The position numbers were made by a program, and so were the translations under genes. A stretch of DNA of 18,654 nucleotides from Nitrosopumilales archaeon (GTDB lineage: Archaea > Thermoproteota > Nitrososphaeria > Nitrososphaerales > Nitrososphaeraceae), in the NCBI GenBank assembly GCA_044507735.1, contig JBIQJB010000022.1, forward strand, positions 20,134 through 38,787. Direction: 5' to 3'. Below are positions 1-8,860 of the stretch, one piece after another; position 1 is the first letter of the stretch; the number at the start of each line of letters is the position of its first letter. The notes below the pieces were generated by a model. That model saw nothing but the letters and a program-made list of their open reading frames with translations. It did no database searches and was not told where the DNA came from.

Positions 1-2
1 GG

Positions 3-1055
3 GGCAGTCTGAACGAGTCTGCCTTTCAGATCGGACAAATAAGCACGGTCGAAGCTTCAGACACCGAACTCACGCTGCCCGACCTGTTCGCAAGAGTGGA
101 AAAATCCGTCGTGCAGATTACCGATAGTCATGAGACAGACCCGCTGGATTCGCGGCTGGGATCGGGTTTTGTGTATGACACCAACGGCCACATCATCACC
201 AACTACCACGTGGTAAATGGCGGAGGTAGGCTTGACGTGACCTTTCTCGACGGCACCGTCTACCGCGCGTCGCTGATAGGCTCAGATCCATATACAGACC
301 TCGCAGTTCTCTATGTGGAAAATGTGCCGCAGGATAAGCTGGTTCCTCTGCCACTTGCCGATTCCTCGTCGGCCCGGGTTGGCCAGCAGGTTGCAGCGAT
401 TGGCAACCCGTTTGGGCTCTCCGGCTCTATGAGCGCAGGCATCATCAGCGGAATCGGAAGGCTGCTGCCTTCGCAGGAAGCCGGCGCCTTTTCGATACCT
501 GATGTCATTCAGACAGACGCCCCCATCAACCCCGGAAACTCGGGCGGCCCGCTGCTCAACATGAGGGGCGAAGTTATTGGCATCAATTCCGCAATCTTTT
601 CGACAACCGGCCAGTTTGTAGGCGTAGGCTTTGCAATCCCGTCAAATACTATTGCCAAGGTAGTGCCTTCACTTATAACCACAGGATCGTTCCAGCACCC
701 GTGGCTTGGGGTGTCAGGAATGGACATGACGCCTGGCATCGCCGAACGGCTGGGACTTCAAGAGCCCCGGGGATTTCTGGTGATGGAAGTAGTGCCTGGT
801 AGCCCTGCAGCGCAGGCAGGCATCAGGGCGGGCACCCAGGACACCACCGTTGACGGCCGTCGCGTAAGCCTGGGCGGTGACGTGATTGTTGCCATCGACA
901 ACCACACCGTGAGAAAGATAGACGACATCCTCGTTTATCTGCAGAGGGAAAAGTCCGTTGGAGATGAACTGCTCCTGACAATTCTCCGCGACGGGCAGGA
1001 GATGCAGATATCGGCGACTCTTGGGGCGAGGCCAAACCAGCAACTTTCGCCCTAG
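3..1055 (+). CDS. htrA: HtrA/DegP-family trypsin-like serine protease with C-terminal PDZ domain (5'-truncated by the window)
   Basis: Catalytic motifs TNYHVV (His), DLAVL (Asp) and IQTDAPINPGNSGGPL (Ser). PDZ-type WLGV...VVPGSPAAQAG...GDVIVAID. The frame is open from base 3 to the GTG at 96, so the true start lies upstream of the window. Confidence 0.95.
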   Translation, partial: GSLNESAFQIGQISTVEASDTELTLPDLFARVEKSVVQITDSHETDPLDSRLGSGFVYDTNGHIITNYHVVNGGGRLDVTFLDGTVYRASLIGSDPYTDLAVLYVENVPQDKLVPLPLADSSSARVGQQVAAIGNPFGLSGSMSAGIISGIGRLLPSQEAGAFSIPDVIQTDAPINPGNSGGPLLNMRGEVIGINSAIFSTTGQFVGVGFAIPSNTIAKVVPSLITTGSFQHPWLGVSGMDMTPGIAERLGLQEPRGFLVMEVVPGSPAAQAGIRAGTQDTTVDGRRVSLGGDVIVAIDNHTVRKIDDILVYLQREKSVGDELLLTILRDGQEMQISATLGARPNQQLSP

Positions 1056-1073
1056 CAATATCATTTATTAGTA

Positions 1074-2279
1074 ATGGACAGCAGTAGTCTTTTGGTACTG
1101 GAATTGCTAGCAAATCTTCCTGCCATTACCGAGATTCTGGGCCGGCCGGAGATTGGCCGGGAAGAAGCGAACCAGCTGATGCAAGAATGCCCAACTAGCA
1201 TGCTTGTGGAAGCGGCCGGCAGGATCAGGGACAGGACGAAACCGGGCGCCATCACTTATTCAAGAAAGGTGTTCATCAACCTCGTAAACCTCTGCAGGGA
1301 CACCTGCACCTACTGCACGTACAAGAAGGAACCGGGAGACCCTCTTCTCTCTTTGCTAGGGCCCCGTCAGGTGCTAGCGATTGCAGAGGCCGGAAAGAGA
1401 TATCGATGCACCGAGGCGCTCTTTGTGACCGGCGAGAGGCCGGAACAAAGGTATCCAGAAGCGATTAACTGGCTCAAGTCTCTTGGACATTCATCGACGG
1501 TTGAATACATACGGGAAATGAGCGAGCTTGTTCTTGAAAAGACGGGGCTTCTCCCGCACACAAATGCGGGCAGCATGACAAAAAAGGAAATGGCGATGCT
1601 AAAGGATACAAACGTGAGCCTTGGGGTGATGCTGGAAACTTCAAGCGAGCGCCTGATGGGAAAGGGCATGCCCCACGAAGGAGCACCAAGCAAGAACCCA
1701 AAAGTCAGGATAAAGACGCTGCAAAGTGCGGGCGAGCTGAAATTTCCTATGACGACTGGCCTTCTGGTAGGAATAGGTGAGACTCCTGAAGAGCTGGTGG
1801 ATTCTCTCTTTGTGATAAAGCAGCTGCATGAAAGATACGGTCACATACAGGAAGTGATATTGCAGAATTTTGCGCCAAAGCCGGAAACCCAAATGGCCGA
1901 CTTTCCTCCGGCGCCGACAGAATACTTTATCCGTGCAGTTGCGATTGCGCGCATGATCATGCCAGAGATGAACTTGCAGGTTCCTCCAAACCTCAACCCC
2001 GATATCTTTGGTACCTACATCGATGCAGGGATCAACGACTGGGGAGGAATATCGCCCGTGACCATTGACCATGTCAATCCGGAATTCCCGTGGCCCTCAA
2101 TTGCATCTGTGAAGAGCGTGACAGAATCAAAGGGATACGGGTTCAGGGCAAGGCTTCCTGTATATCCTGAATTCATCAAAGGTGGATTTATTACATCGGA
2201 GCAGCTTTTGCATCGCATAGATTTGATTGCCGACAGCTCTGGGCTGGTAAGGGAGGATTACTTCGCCGATGTCAATTGA
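1074..2279 (+). CDS. cofG: FO synthase subunit CofG (radical SAM; F420 biosynthesis)
   Basis: ITYSRKVFINLVNLCRDTCTYCTY (CxxxCxxC), CTEALFVTGERPE, LLPHTNAG, GHIQEVILQNF, QVPPNL and GINDWGGISPVTIDHVNPEFPWP. Followed directly by cofH. The exact start is uncertain. Confidence 0.95.
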   Translation: MDSSSLLVLELLANLPAITEILGRPEIGREEANQLMQECPTSMLVEAAGRIRDRTKPGAITYSRKVFINLVNLCRDTCTYCTYKKEPGDPLLSLLGPRQVLAIAEAGKRYRCTEALFVTGERPEQRYPEAINWLKSLGHSSTVEYIREMSELVLEKTGLLPHTNAGSMTKKEMAMLKDTNVSLGVMLETSSERLMGKGMPHEGAPSKNPKVRIKTLQSAGELKFPMTTGLLVGIGETPEELVDSLFVIKQLHERYGHIQEVILQNFAPKPETQMADFPPAPTEYFIRAVAIARMIMPEMNLQVPPNLNPDIFGTYIDAGINDWGGISPVTIDHVNPEFPWPSIASVKSVTESKGYGFRARLPVYPEFIKGGFITSEQLLHRIDLIADSSGLVREDYFADVN

Positions 2280-3516
2280 CTCGCTGCTAAAGAGCGCTGA
2301 CCCTGTAGTGGCAACTGCGCTTGATAAAGCCCTTTCAGGCAAGGACATCTCTACCGACGAAGCCGTTGCGCTGTTTGACTCTACCGGCCTTGAGATGAAC
2401 CTTGTGGTGACTGTGGCCGACGAGCTCCGGCGCAGGACGGTCGGTGACAATGTAACTTATGTTGTGAACAGAAACATCAACTTTACAAACGTCTGCATAA
2501 AGCAATGCGGCTTTTGCGCTTTCAGCAGGGACTTTAGGGAAGAGGAAGGATACTTTTTGCCAACAGAAGAGATTGTGAGAAGGGCACAGGAAGCAGCGGC
2601 GCTTGGCGCGACTGAAGTGTGCATCCAGGCGGGGCTGCCGCCCAAGATGGATGGCAACCTCTACCCTGACATCTGCAGGGCGGTCAAGAAACACCTTCCA
2701 GACATTCACATCCATGCCTTTTCGCCAGAAGAGGTCTTGTATGGAGCGGTAAGATCTGAGACGCCGGTTCCAGAATACCTCAAAATGCTGAAGGAGGCCG
2801 GAGTTGGAAGCCTGCCGGGGACGGCGGCCGAAATTCTGGACCAGTCCCTCCGTGATGTCATCTCCCCGGGGAGGATTTCTGTCAAGGACTGGGTCTCTAC
2901 CATAAAGGAGGCACATGCACTTGGAATACCGACCACCTCAACCATAATGTACGGACACATCGAAACATCGCGCCACAAAGCAGAACACATCGCCTTCCTG
3001 CGTGAGATCCAGAAGGAGACACACGGCTTTACAGAATTTGTGCCACTCAGCTTTGTTCACACCGAGGCGCCGATGTTTGGCCGAGGCATGGTGCCCAACA
3101 TCAGACCTGGCCCCGATGGGAATGAAGTGATCAAGATGCACGCAGTCTCCCGGATAATGCTGAACAACCACATTCCAAATATCCAAGTCTCGTGGGTCAA
3201 GGAAGGCCCGAGGATGTCTCAGCTGCTCCTTGGGGCAGGCGTCAACGATTTTGGCGGCACGCTGATCAACGAGAGCATCTCCACTGCCGCCGGCGCCCAG
3301 AACGGGCAGCTGATGAGGCCAAAGGAAATACGGCAGCTGATAAGATCTGCCGGCAGGATACCTGTTCAGCGCTCCACAACTTACAAGGCGCTCAAAGTAT
3401 TTTCAGATGAAGATGATTCTGCCGCAGATTCCGCGCTTGACAGGGCTGATGCTTCGCAGTTTGGATCCTACCACCAGCTGATCAAACTGGACAAGTTCAG
3501 GTACAAGAAGCAATAG
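2269..3516 (+). CDS. cofH: FO synthase subunit CofH (radical SAM)
   Basis: VTYVVNRNINFTNVCIKQCGFCAFSR, HIHAFSPEE, SLPGTAAEIL, TTSTIMYGHIE, NIQVSWVKEG and NDFGGTLINESIS. Overlaps the cofG end by 11 nt. Confidence 0.95.
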   Translation: MSIDSLLKSADPVVATALDKALSGKDISTDEAVALFDSTGLEMNLVVTVADELRRRTVGDNVTYVVNRNINFTNVCIKQCGFCAFSRDFREEEGYFLPTEEIVRRAQEAAALGATEVCIQAGLPPKMDGNLYPDICRAVKKHLPDIHIHAFSPEEVLYGAVRSETPVPEYLKMLKEAGVGSLPGTAAEILDQSLRDVISPGRISVKDWVSTIKEAHALGIPTTSTIMYGHIETSRHKAEHIAFLREIQKETHGFTEFVPLSFVHTEAPMFGRGMVPNIRPGPDGNEVIKMHAVSRIMLNNHIPNIQVSWVKEGPRMSQLLLGAGVNDFGGTLINESISTAAGAQNGQLMRPKEIRQLIRSAGRIPVQRSTTYKALKVFSDEDDSAADSALDRADASQFGSYHQLIKLDKFRYKKQ

Positions 3517-3669
3517 CTGCGGTGGACGCATTTAAGGCGACTAGATAAGTAAAACGATACAATATTCTAAAACCACGAATGGGTGGCGTCTAACTATAAT
3601 ATGATATGTGTTATATTTCTAAAATAACCATGCACAGTCCTTTAAAGGGACTTATCGCTGTCTGTCCCC

Positions 3670-4803
3670 GTGTTATCTAGTCGAGAGCCAACAGGCGCCA
3701 GCAATAACAATGGTGGCAGCGGCCTGCAGCTCTGCACAGTTTGCAGTGGACAATTGATCTGCGACGCCGACAGCGGCGAAGAAGTTTGTGTCAGCTGCGG
3801 TGTAGTTGCACGCGACAACTCGGAGCTGTCCGCCGAGCGGCGCGCGTTGACTTTGGACGAGATGGGCAAGAGATACAGAGCCGGCGAACCTACATCGCTC
3901 ATGATGTATGACATGGGTCTTGCAAGCCTTATTGACAACAAGAACATTGACGCAAATGGCAAGCATATCCGGGCAAGTCCGGAGATCGAGAGGCTGCGGA
4001 GACTGAACAGGATGGCAATGTCCAACAGTTCCAAGACCAAGAACCTCAACAAGGCCATGCGCGAGATCCGCCGGATAACCGAGATCCTTGGACTCGGGGC
4101 GCCTATTGCAAAGCGGTCCGCATACATCTACAGAAAAGCCCTAGACAGAGACCTGATAAGGGGCAGGTCGATCACCGGCATCGTAGCAGCAACCATATAC
4201 ATCGCCTGCAAAGACACTGGCACACCGCGCTCAATAGGCGAAATCCAAGAGGTGATCGGCAAGAGTGACAGAAAAAACATTGCCTACTATTACAAGTTCC
4301 TGATGCGCAAGATGAAGATCCACTTGCCGCTGCCCGTCCCTTCAAACAGCATGTCTCGGATAGCTGACAGGGCCAGGTTGTCTGAGAGGACAGTCAGGAA
4401 GGCCCTGGAAATATTGTCTCAGGTAGGAGATGATGCCCTCCTGTCCGGCAAGAACCCTGTTTCGCTTGCCGCTGCTGCCCTCTACCTCGCGGCAGTGGAG
4501 ACAGGCGAATACACAACGCAGCTCAAGATTGCCATAGCGGCCGGTGTCAGCACCGTGACTGTAAGAAAAAGATGCATTGAGATAGTCGGCCTCGTCAGGC
4601 AAGTAAATTCGCAAATATTGGTCAAGTCAATCCAGCAGGGCCGCGATCAACCAACAGAAGGAAGAAGAAAAGCCGGAGAGCAAGGCCCACAGGTGCAGGG
4701 AGCGGAAGAGGGAGAAGAGGGAGAAGATGGAGCCTCTGAAAAAAAGAACATCAAGCACCTTTTCCTTGCAAGCAGGGGACTACTACAACAACAGCAGCAC
4801 TGA
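3670..4803 (+). CDS. tfb: Transcription initiation factor IIB (TFB) paralogue
   Basis: N-terminal Zn ribbon CTVC...DADSGEEVCVSCGVV. Two cyclin-fold repeats (IYRKALDRDLIRGRSI...AATIYIAC; SGKNPVSLAAAALYLA...TQLKIAIAAGVSTVTVRKR). Acidic/Gln-rich C-terminal tail. GTG start is uncertain. Confidence 0.93.
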   Translation: MLSSREPTGASNNNGGSGLQLCTVCSGQLICDADSGEEVCVSCGVVARDNSELSAERRALTLDEMGKRYRAGEPTSLMMYDMGLASLIDNKNIDANGKHIRASPEIERLRRLNRMAMSNSSKTKNLNKAMREIRRITEILGLGAPIAKRSAYIYRKALDRDLIRGRSITGIVAATIYIACKDTGTPRSIGEIQEVIGKSDRKNIAYYYKFLMRKMKIHLPLPVPSNSMSRIADRARLSERTVRKALEILSQVGDDALLSGKNPVSLAAAALYLAAVETGEYTTQLKIAIAAGVSTVTVRKRCIEIVGLVRQVNSQILVKSIQQGRDQPTEGRRKAGEQGPQVQGAEEGEEGEDGASEKKNIKHLFLASRGLLQQQQH

Positions 4804-4819
4804 TCTTCGGTTGCTGCTC

Positions 4820-5563
4820 TTATCTGATCTGCCAGTGCACTGAATATGAGGATCGCAGGGCATCCATTGAATTATCGAACGGCTGCGATGGCGCCGCCCC
4901 TATAAGCTCTGGGCTTGAAAACACAATCACGCCCGCAAGCACTATCCCGAGGGCAAGTGCGGACAAGACCGTGCCCTTGTATCCAATGGCAGGATATGAA
5001 TGCCTGCCAAACACCAGGAAGGAAGCCAAGAGTGCGGCCGCTATTCCAAGCGATGCCACGATCCCGGTATTTGCGGCTGAGAATGCTGCCAGGATCTGCC
5101 AATTTGCGATCCCACCTGCAAGTATGATTGCGGCAGCAGCCGAAGCTGTCAATATGCCTGCAAACATCAGCCGGCGCCCTTCAAAATGATGTGCCTGCCT
5201 TACTGGCTCCTCAGGTCTGTCCTGCGTCGCAGTCTTTGTAGGTTGCGGCTGTTGTTGCGGCTGTTGTTGCTGTTGCTCTTCCTTTGGTTGATGAGGGGAA
5301 ATTCCTCCCGCATATTTGGGGTCTGCTTCCCGCAGGAACTGCAGCCCCTCTTCAGTTATCATGTAGTGCTTTGAGTCTTTGGTAACGTAGTTGCTCATCC
5401 TCTCCAGGTGGTAGTAGATCGAACCAGTCGAGAGGCCCGTTGAAGACTTGATGTCGGAAAACCCTGCAAGGCCGTTCTTTTCTGCTATGGCCCTCAGGAT
5501 CTTTATCCTCGTCCTTCTAGCGCGTAGCTGGGTCTCTCCCTTCAAACTGCCCATCATAGTCAT
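4820..5563 (-). CDS. Membrane-anchored winged helix-turn-helix (ArsR-like) transcriptional regulator
   Basis: N-terminal RIKILRAI...FSDIKSSTGLSTGSIYYHLERM...YMITEEG wHTH pattern, then a Gln/Pro-rich linker and about three hydrophobic TM-like segments. Confidence 0.8.
   Translation of the reverse strand: MTMMGSLKGETQLRARRTRIKILRAIAEKNGLAGFSDIKSSTGLSTGSIYYHLERMSNYVTKDSKHYMITEEGLQFLREADPKYAGGISPHQPKEEQQQQQPQQQPQPTKTATQDRPEEPVRQAHHFEGRRLMFAGILTASAAAAIILAGGIANWQILAAFSAANTGIVASLGIAAALLASFLVFGRHSYPAIGYKGTVLSALALGIVLAGVIVFSSPELIGAAPSQPFDNSMDALRSSYSVHWQIR
5242..5276. repeat. Short coding tandem repeat (GTTGCGGCTGTT x2 plus GTT/GCT triplets) encoding the poly-Gln/Pro linker
   Basis: Read directly from the sequence; encodes QQQQQPQQQPQP on the minus strand. 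Confidence 0.75.
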
Positions 5564-5670
5564 TGAAATTTTTTATCACTTTCGAAATGAGCTCGTAGAA
5601 CAATTATCGAGAAGATAGATCAAAATAAGCGTTAAATGCAATCTCTGTTCTTACTAGATCACTGAACGTT

Positions 5671-7044
5671 TTGGTCCGTCATGCATGGATAGCTTGTACA
5701 CTACTGGTGTTTATTATCAGCCCATCCTACGCGCAGCAGGGATCATTTGAAGAAGGGCCAAGGTTTGAAGCTGCACAGGTTGGAGAGAAAACTGTGGTGC
5801 TCCTTCCAGCAAACTGGACCGCCAGTGCATCAGATGCCGAGTTAACACTAACCTCTTCAGCCAAGGTGGAAGAGGTACTTGGCTCGGACGAGTGGAACGT
5901 GACTGCGCATGACAATAATGCAGTGACATTTGTTATGGTGGGAAAGGCTGGTAACAACACCTCGTCAAAGTTCATTATCCGCACAAACTCCACCAATCCC
6001 AGCTACAGCTACAAGCTGGTGTTGAATGGAACGGAATATGAGGGCAACATACAGCCCAGAGCTCTTGTGAAAACAAGCCGCCACTTTGCAATGTGGACCG
6101 ATCAGAAAGAAGGGGCCGCAACAGCCTTTATCCCGGAAGGATGGAGTGCCGACCTGCAGATAATCCGGCCTTATGGATCAATGACGGGCTTTTTGTTCTT
6201 CGCCAGAGGAAGCGAGAACACGCTTGTCTATGTCTTTCAGCCGTTCATGCCGTTGCACCTCATTCCAAACGACTCGCTCTGCGACGTTGCGGGGCTGTGC
6301 CCGGGCATGATTTCGGCAGAAAGGGTGAGGGAAATGTCGCTTGGAAACGCTCCAATTATCGTGTCCAGCCCAAAGACCCCTGAACAGTATTTTGAAACCG
6401 AGGTGTTGCCTGTGCTGAGGAAGAATCTGGGCGGATATAGTGTGACGTCAGAGCAGGCCGGTCATGCGCTCGAATACAGGCGGGGCAACAGTACTAGCGC
6501 TGGCGACACCAATTCTACGGAAATGGTCCCTGTGTATGATGTGAATTACAGCTTTGAAGTGGAAGGCAAAAAGATAGCTGGCAGGGCGATGATTATTACT
6601 AACAATCATACTGCCGGCGACATAGGCATATGGAATGGATATATCGTGGGCATCGAGTCGTATGAAAAAAACTTTGACAAAGCGATCCAGCAAGCTTCCG
6701 TCACGCTCTTGACTCTGCAGTTTGACAGAGAATGGTTGGCGGCTGAAGAGGATGTATTGCTTGACAATGTGAACTCAACCAGTATACTTGGCACAGTGCA
6801 GGGACTGATGGCAAAGAGCACGTCGGATGACTTTAATCTGATTGTCCACACCGCCGCTCACAAGATGGTAAGGACTTATAACAACACCCTGATAGGAGGC
6901 TATCTTGACTTGGAGACGGGGCGGGAGCTGCACCTGCCACTATTTCCTGATTCGCAGTATTGGTACCTCAATGATGCCAAGCTTGTCGGCACGAATATCA
7001 ACTGGAACCCGATGAACTCGACATCGCTCGCTCAACTTTTCTAA
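5671..7044 (+). CDS. Secreted/surface hypothetical protein, probably glycosylated
   Basis: 457-aa ORF with TTG start, signal-peptide-like N-terminus (WIACTLLVFIISPSYA|QQ) and about 14 N-x-S/T sequons. No catalytic motif recognised. Confidence 0.75.
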   Translation: MVRHAWIACTLLVFIISPSYAQQGSFEEGPRFEAAQVGEKTVVLLPANWTASASDAELTLTSSAKVEEVLGSDEWNVTAHDNNAVTFVMVGKAGNNTSSKFIIRTNSTNPSYSYKLVLNGTEYEGNIQPRALVKTSRHFAMWTDQKEGAATAFIPEGWSADLQIIRPYGSMTGFLFFARGSENTLVYVFQPFMPLHLIPNDSLCDVAGLCPGMISAERVREMSLGNAPIIVSSPKTPEQYFETEVLPVLRKNLGGYSVTSEQAGHALEYRRGNSTSAGDTNSTEMVPVYDVNYSFEVEGKKIAGRAMIITNNHTAGDIGIWNGYIVGIESYEKNFDKAIQQASVTLLTLQFDREWLAAEEDVLLDNVNSTSILGTVQGLMAKSTSDDFNLIVHTAAHKMVRTYNNTLIGGYLDLETGRELHLPLFPDSQYWYLNDAKLVGTNINWNPMNSTSLAQLF

Positions 7045-7116
7045 ATGACGAAATAATCTCGCAAGACTTATACGGACATGCTAATGCTACCCATAACACG
7101 ATGCCAAATCGTCGGT

Positions 7117-7256
7117 GGGGTCGTAGCGAAGCCAGGCATCGCAACGGGCTCCAGATCTAACAAACAAAAGGGCTAGGTTAGAAGAAGAAACCCGTGGGTC
7201 AAGGGTTCAAATGATTGCGGTGGATCGCCGCGTCAGAATAGATCCCTTCGGCCCCA
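7117..7256 (+). tRNA. tRNA-Trp(CCA) with two introns: 7155-7189 (position 37/38) and 7211-7241 (position 58/59, T-loop)
   Basis: Acceptor GGGGTCG/CGGCCCC plus A73, D stem GCGA/TCGC, anticodon stem ACGGG/CCCGT with CT-CCA-G, and T stem AAGGG/CCCTT with TTCAA|AT loop. Removing the 35-nt and 31-nt inserts gives a 74-nt cloverleaf. CCA end is not encoded. Confidence 0.92.
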
Positions 7257-7286
7257 TTCTTGGATCTGCGCTGTTGGACAGGTCCG

Positions 7287-7322
7287 GCGGTTCCGGGGCT
7301 GGCGATCAGCCCCCGACCCCGC
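7287..7322. repeat. GC-rich imperfect inverted repeat (hairpin) downstream of tRNA-Trp
   Basis: Core GGGGCTG-gcgat-CAGCCCC (7295-7313), extended by GCGG/CCGC. Confidence 0.55.
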
Positions 7323-7580
7323 TCTTCTTCAGCTAGATGTTGTTGCCGTCGTTACCAAAATCCAGATTCTGAACATCTGCAGGAATCGGCTCGAATGATT
7401 CCGAACCTTTTTCTTGTCCTGTGGAAATATTGTGCACCGACCTGTCAAGCACCGTCTATCCGGGTGCAAGACCCAATAGGGTGTTGCATTGATGCATACT
7501 TGTTACATGAAAATCCTCGGTTTGTTGTTATAGAACGTCGCTGCCCAATTCTTAATATCTCTTGTCAAGGGAAAGTCGTA

Positions 7581-8540
7581 ATGTTATATCCGCACTCGGC
7601 CATATTGAGAGCTACAAAAGCAATAACATTGAGCAGCATGCTGTTGCCGCTGCTATTGATTCCGGCTTTGTCGATATCCTCTGCGCATTTTTCAACAGCT
7701 GGTGCTACAGGAGGGGACGATGATGATAAGGCCGATGACACTGGCGTTGTAGTCTATTCAGTATGGGTAGAGAACGCAACAGGTGGCAATCCCGACGTGT
7801 TCTTTGCCAGAAGTGATGATGGAGGCCAGAATTTTGGTGACCCGATCAACCTGAGCCATAACGATGATTGGTCAACACTACCAAAAATCGCCGTCGCTGG
7901 CAATCACATACATGTGGTGTGGCTGGATTCTCACCGCGAACTTGAAGAAGAGGAACGCGGTGTGGTCACGGTCAGGAGCAGCGACGATGGCGGCGAGACA
8001 TTTGACGATGCCGTAATAGTGAGTGAGCGCGAGGTAGGACAGCCGTACAGTAGGCTCAACATTCTGCAGATACATGCAACAACAAGCGACGACGACGAGG
8101 ATGATAGCAACGTGTACATCAGCTGGGTCGCATCTCCTGGTGGACAGTATGCCGGACGCCTCAACTTCGCAAGAAGTGATGATTCCGGTGAGAGTTTTGA
8201 TCTGATGACCGGGCTTGTGCGGGGTGTAGACAATATAGAGATGGAGGTGGTAGCTTCCGGTAACGACGATTCCGACAATATCTATATCGCAGGACAAGCA
8301 TCATCGGAGAACGACATTACGCTCACACACCAGGTCTTTTTCCTAAAGAGCACAGATGGTGGTAAGACATTCGATGACCCCATAATACTGGAAGATGTTG
8401 ACCCGGATGAAGGAGAATCCGTCCGCTTTGAATCAATGGAATTAGACGATGACCAGATCCAGGCGACGTGGTTGAGCGGAGATGAGAATCAACAGACACA
8501 CTTTGCAGTGAGCACCGATGGAGGGGAGACGTGGGGCTAA
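7581..8540 (+). CDS. Secreted BNR/Asp-box repeat (sialidase-like beta-propeller) protein
   Basis: Five Asp-box motifs: RSDDGGQNF, SSDDGGETF, RSDDSGESF, KSTDGGKTF and VSTDGGETW. Hydrophobic signal-like segment LLPLLLIPALSISSA and very acidic composition. Start is ATG 7581 or 7638 rather than the TTG at 7260. Confidence 0.85.
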   Translation: MLYPHSAILRATKAITLSSMLLPLLLIPALSISSAHFSTAGATGGDDDDKADDTGVVVYSVWVENATGGNPDVFFARSDDGGQNFGDPINLSHNDDWSTLPKIAVAGNHIHVVWLDSHRELEEEERGVVTVRSSDDGGETFDDAVIVSEREVGQPYSRLNILQIHATTSDDDEDDSNVYISWVASPGGQYAGRLNFARSDDSGESFDLMTGLVRGVDNIEMEVVASGNDDSDNIYIAGQASSENDITLTHQVFFLKSTDGGKTFDDPIILEDVDPDEGESVRFESMELDDDQIQATWLSGDENQQTHFAVSTDGGETWG

Positions 8541-8860
8541 GGAAAGAAGAAACGCCCTTATGAAAATGCGATTTAGGCCAACTCGCTACTCTTCATTTTT
8601 CTCCTCTCCTCTTCCTCAATACCGAAGAGTGTGTGAACATTGGTTGCTAGCCATGGTCAACGTTAGGGAAAAACGATAAACACAAGATCAATGCAGTCAG
8701 GACTCGTGGCTGGCGAGCGCAGACAATATTGGATAGCACGCTACGGGGGTAGCACCCATTCCGCAAAGATTTGACTAGTTTCTTGCGAATCGTGAGAAAT
8801 AAGATTCCGGAAAAGCTGATCAAGTAAATTGATGATCCTCTATAATAGGTTCGCAGAAAT

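Noticed and set aside
311-3410. Many antisense or overlapping ORFs within htrA, cofG and cofH
   Set aside because: Shadow frames of well-supported genes.
7260-7580. N-terminal extension of the 426-aa ORF from TTG 7260
   Set aside because: It begins 3 nt after the tRNA, spans the hairpin and has non-protein-like composition. The signal peptide points to a start at 7581 or 7638.
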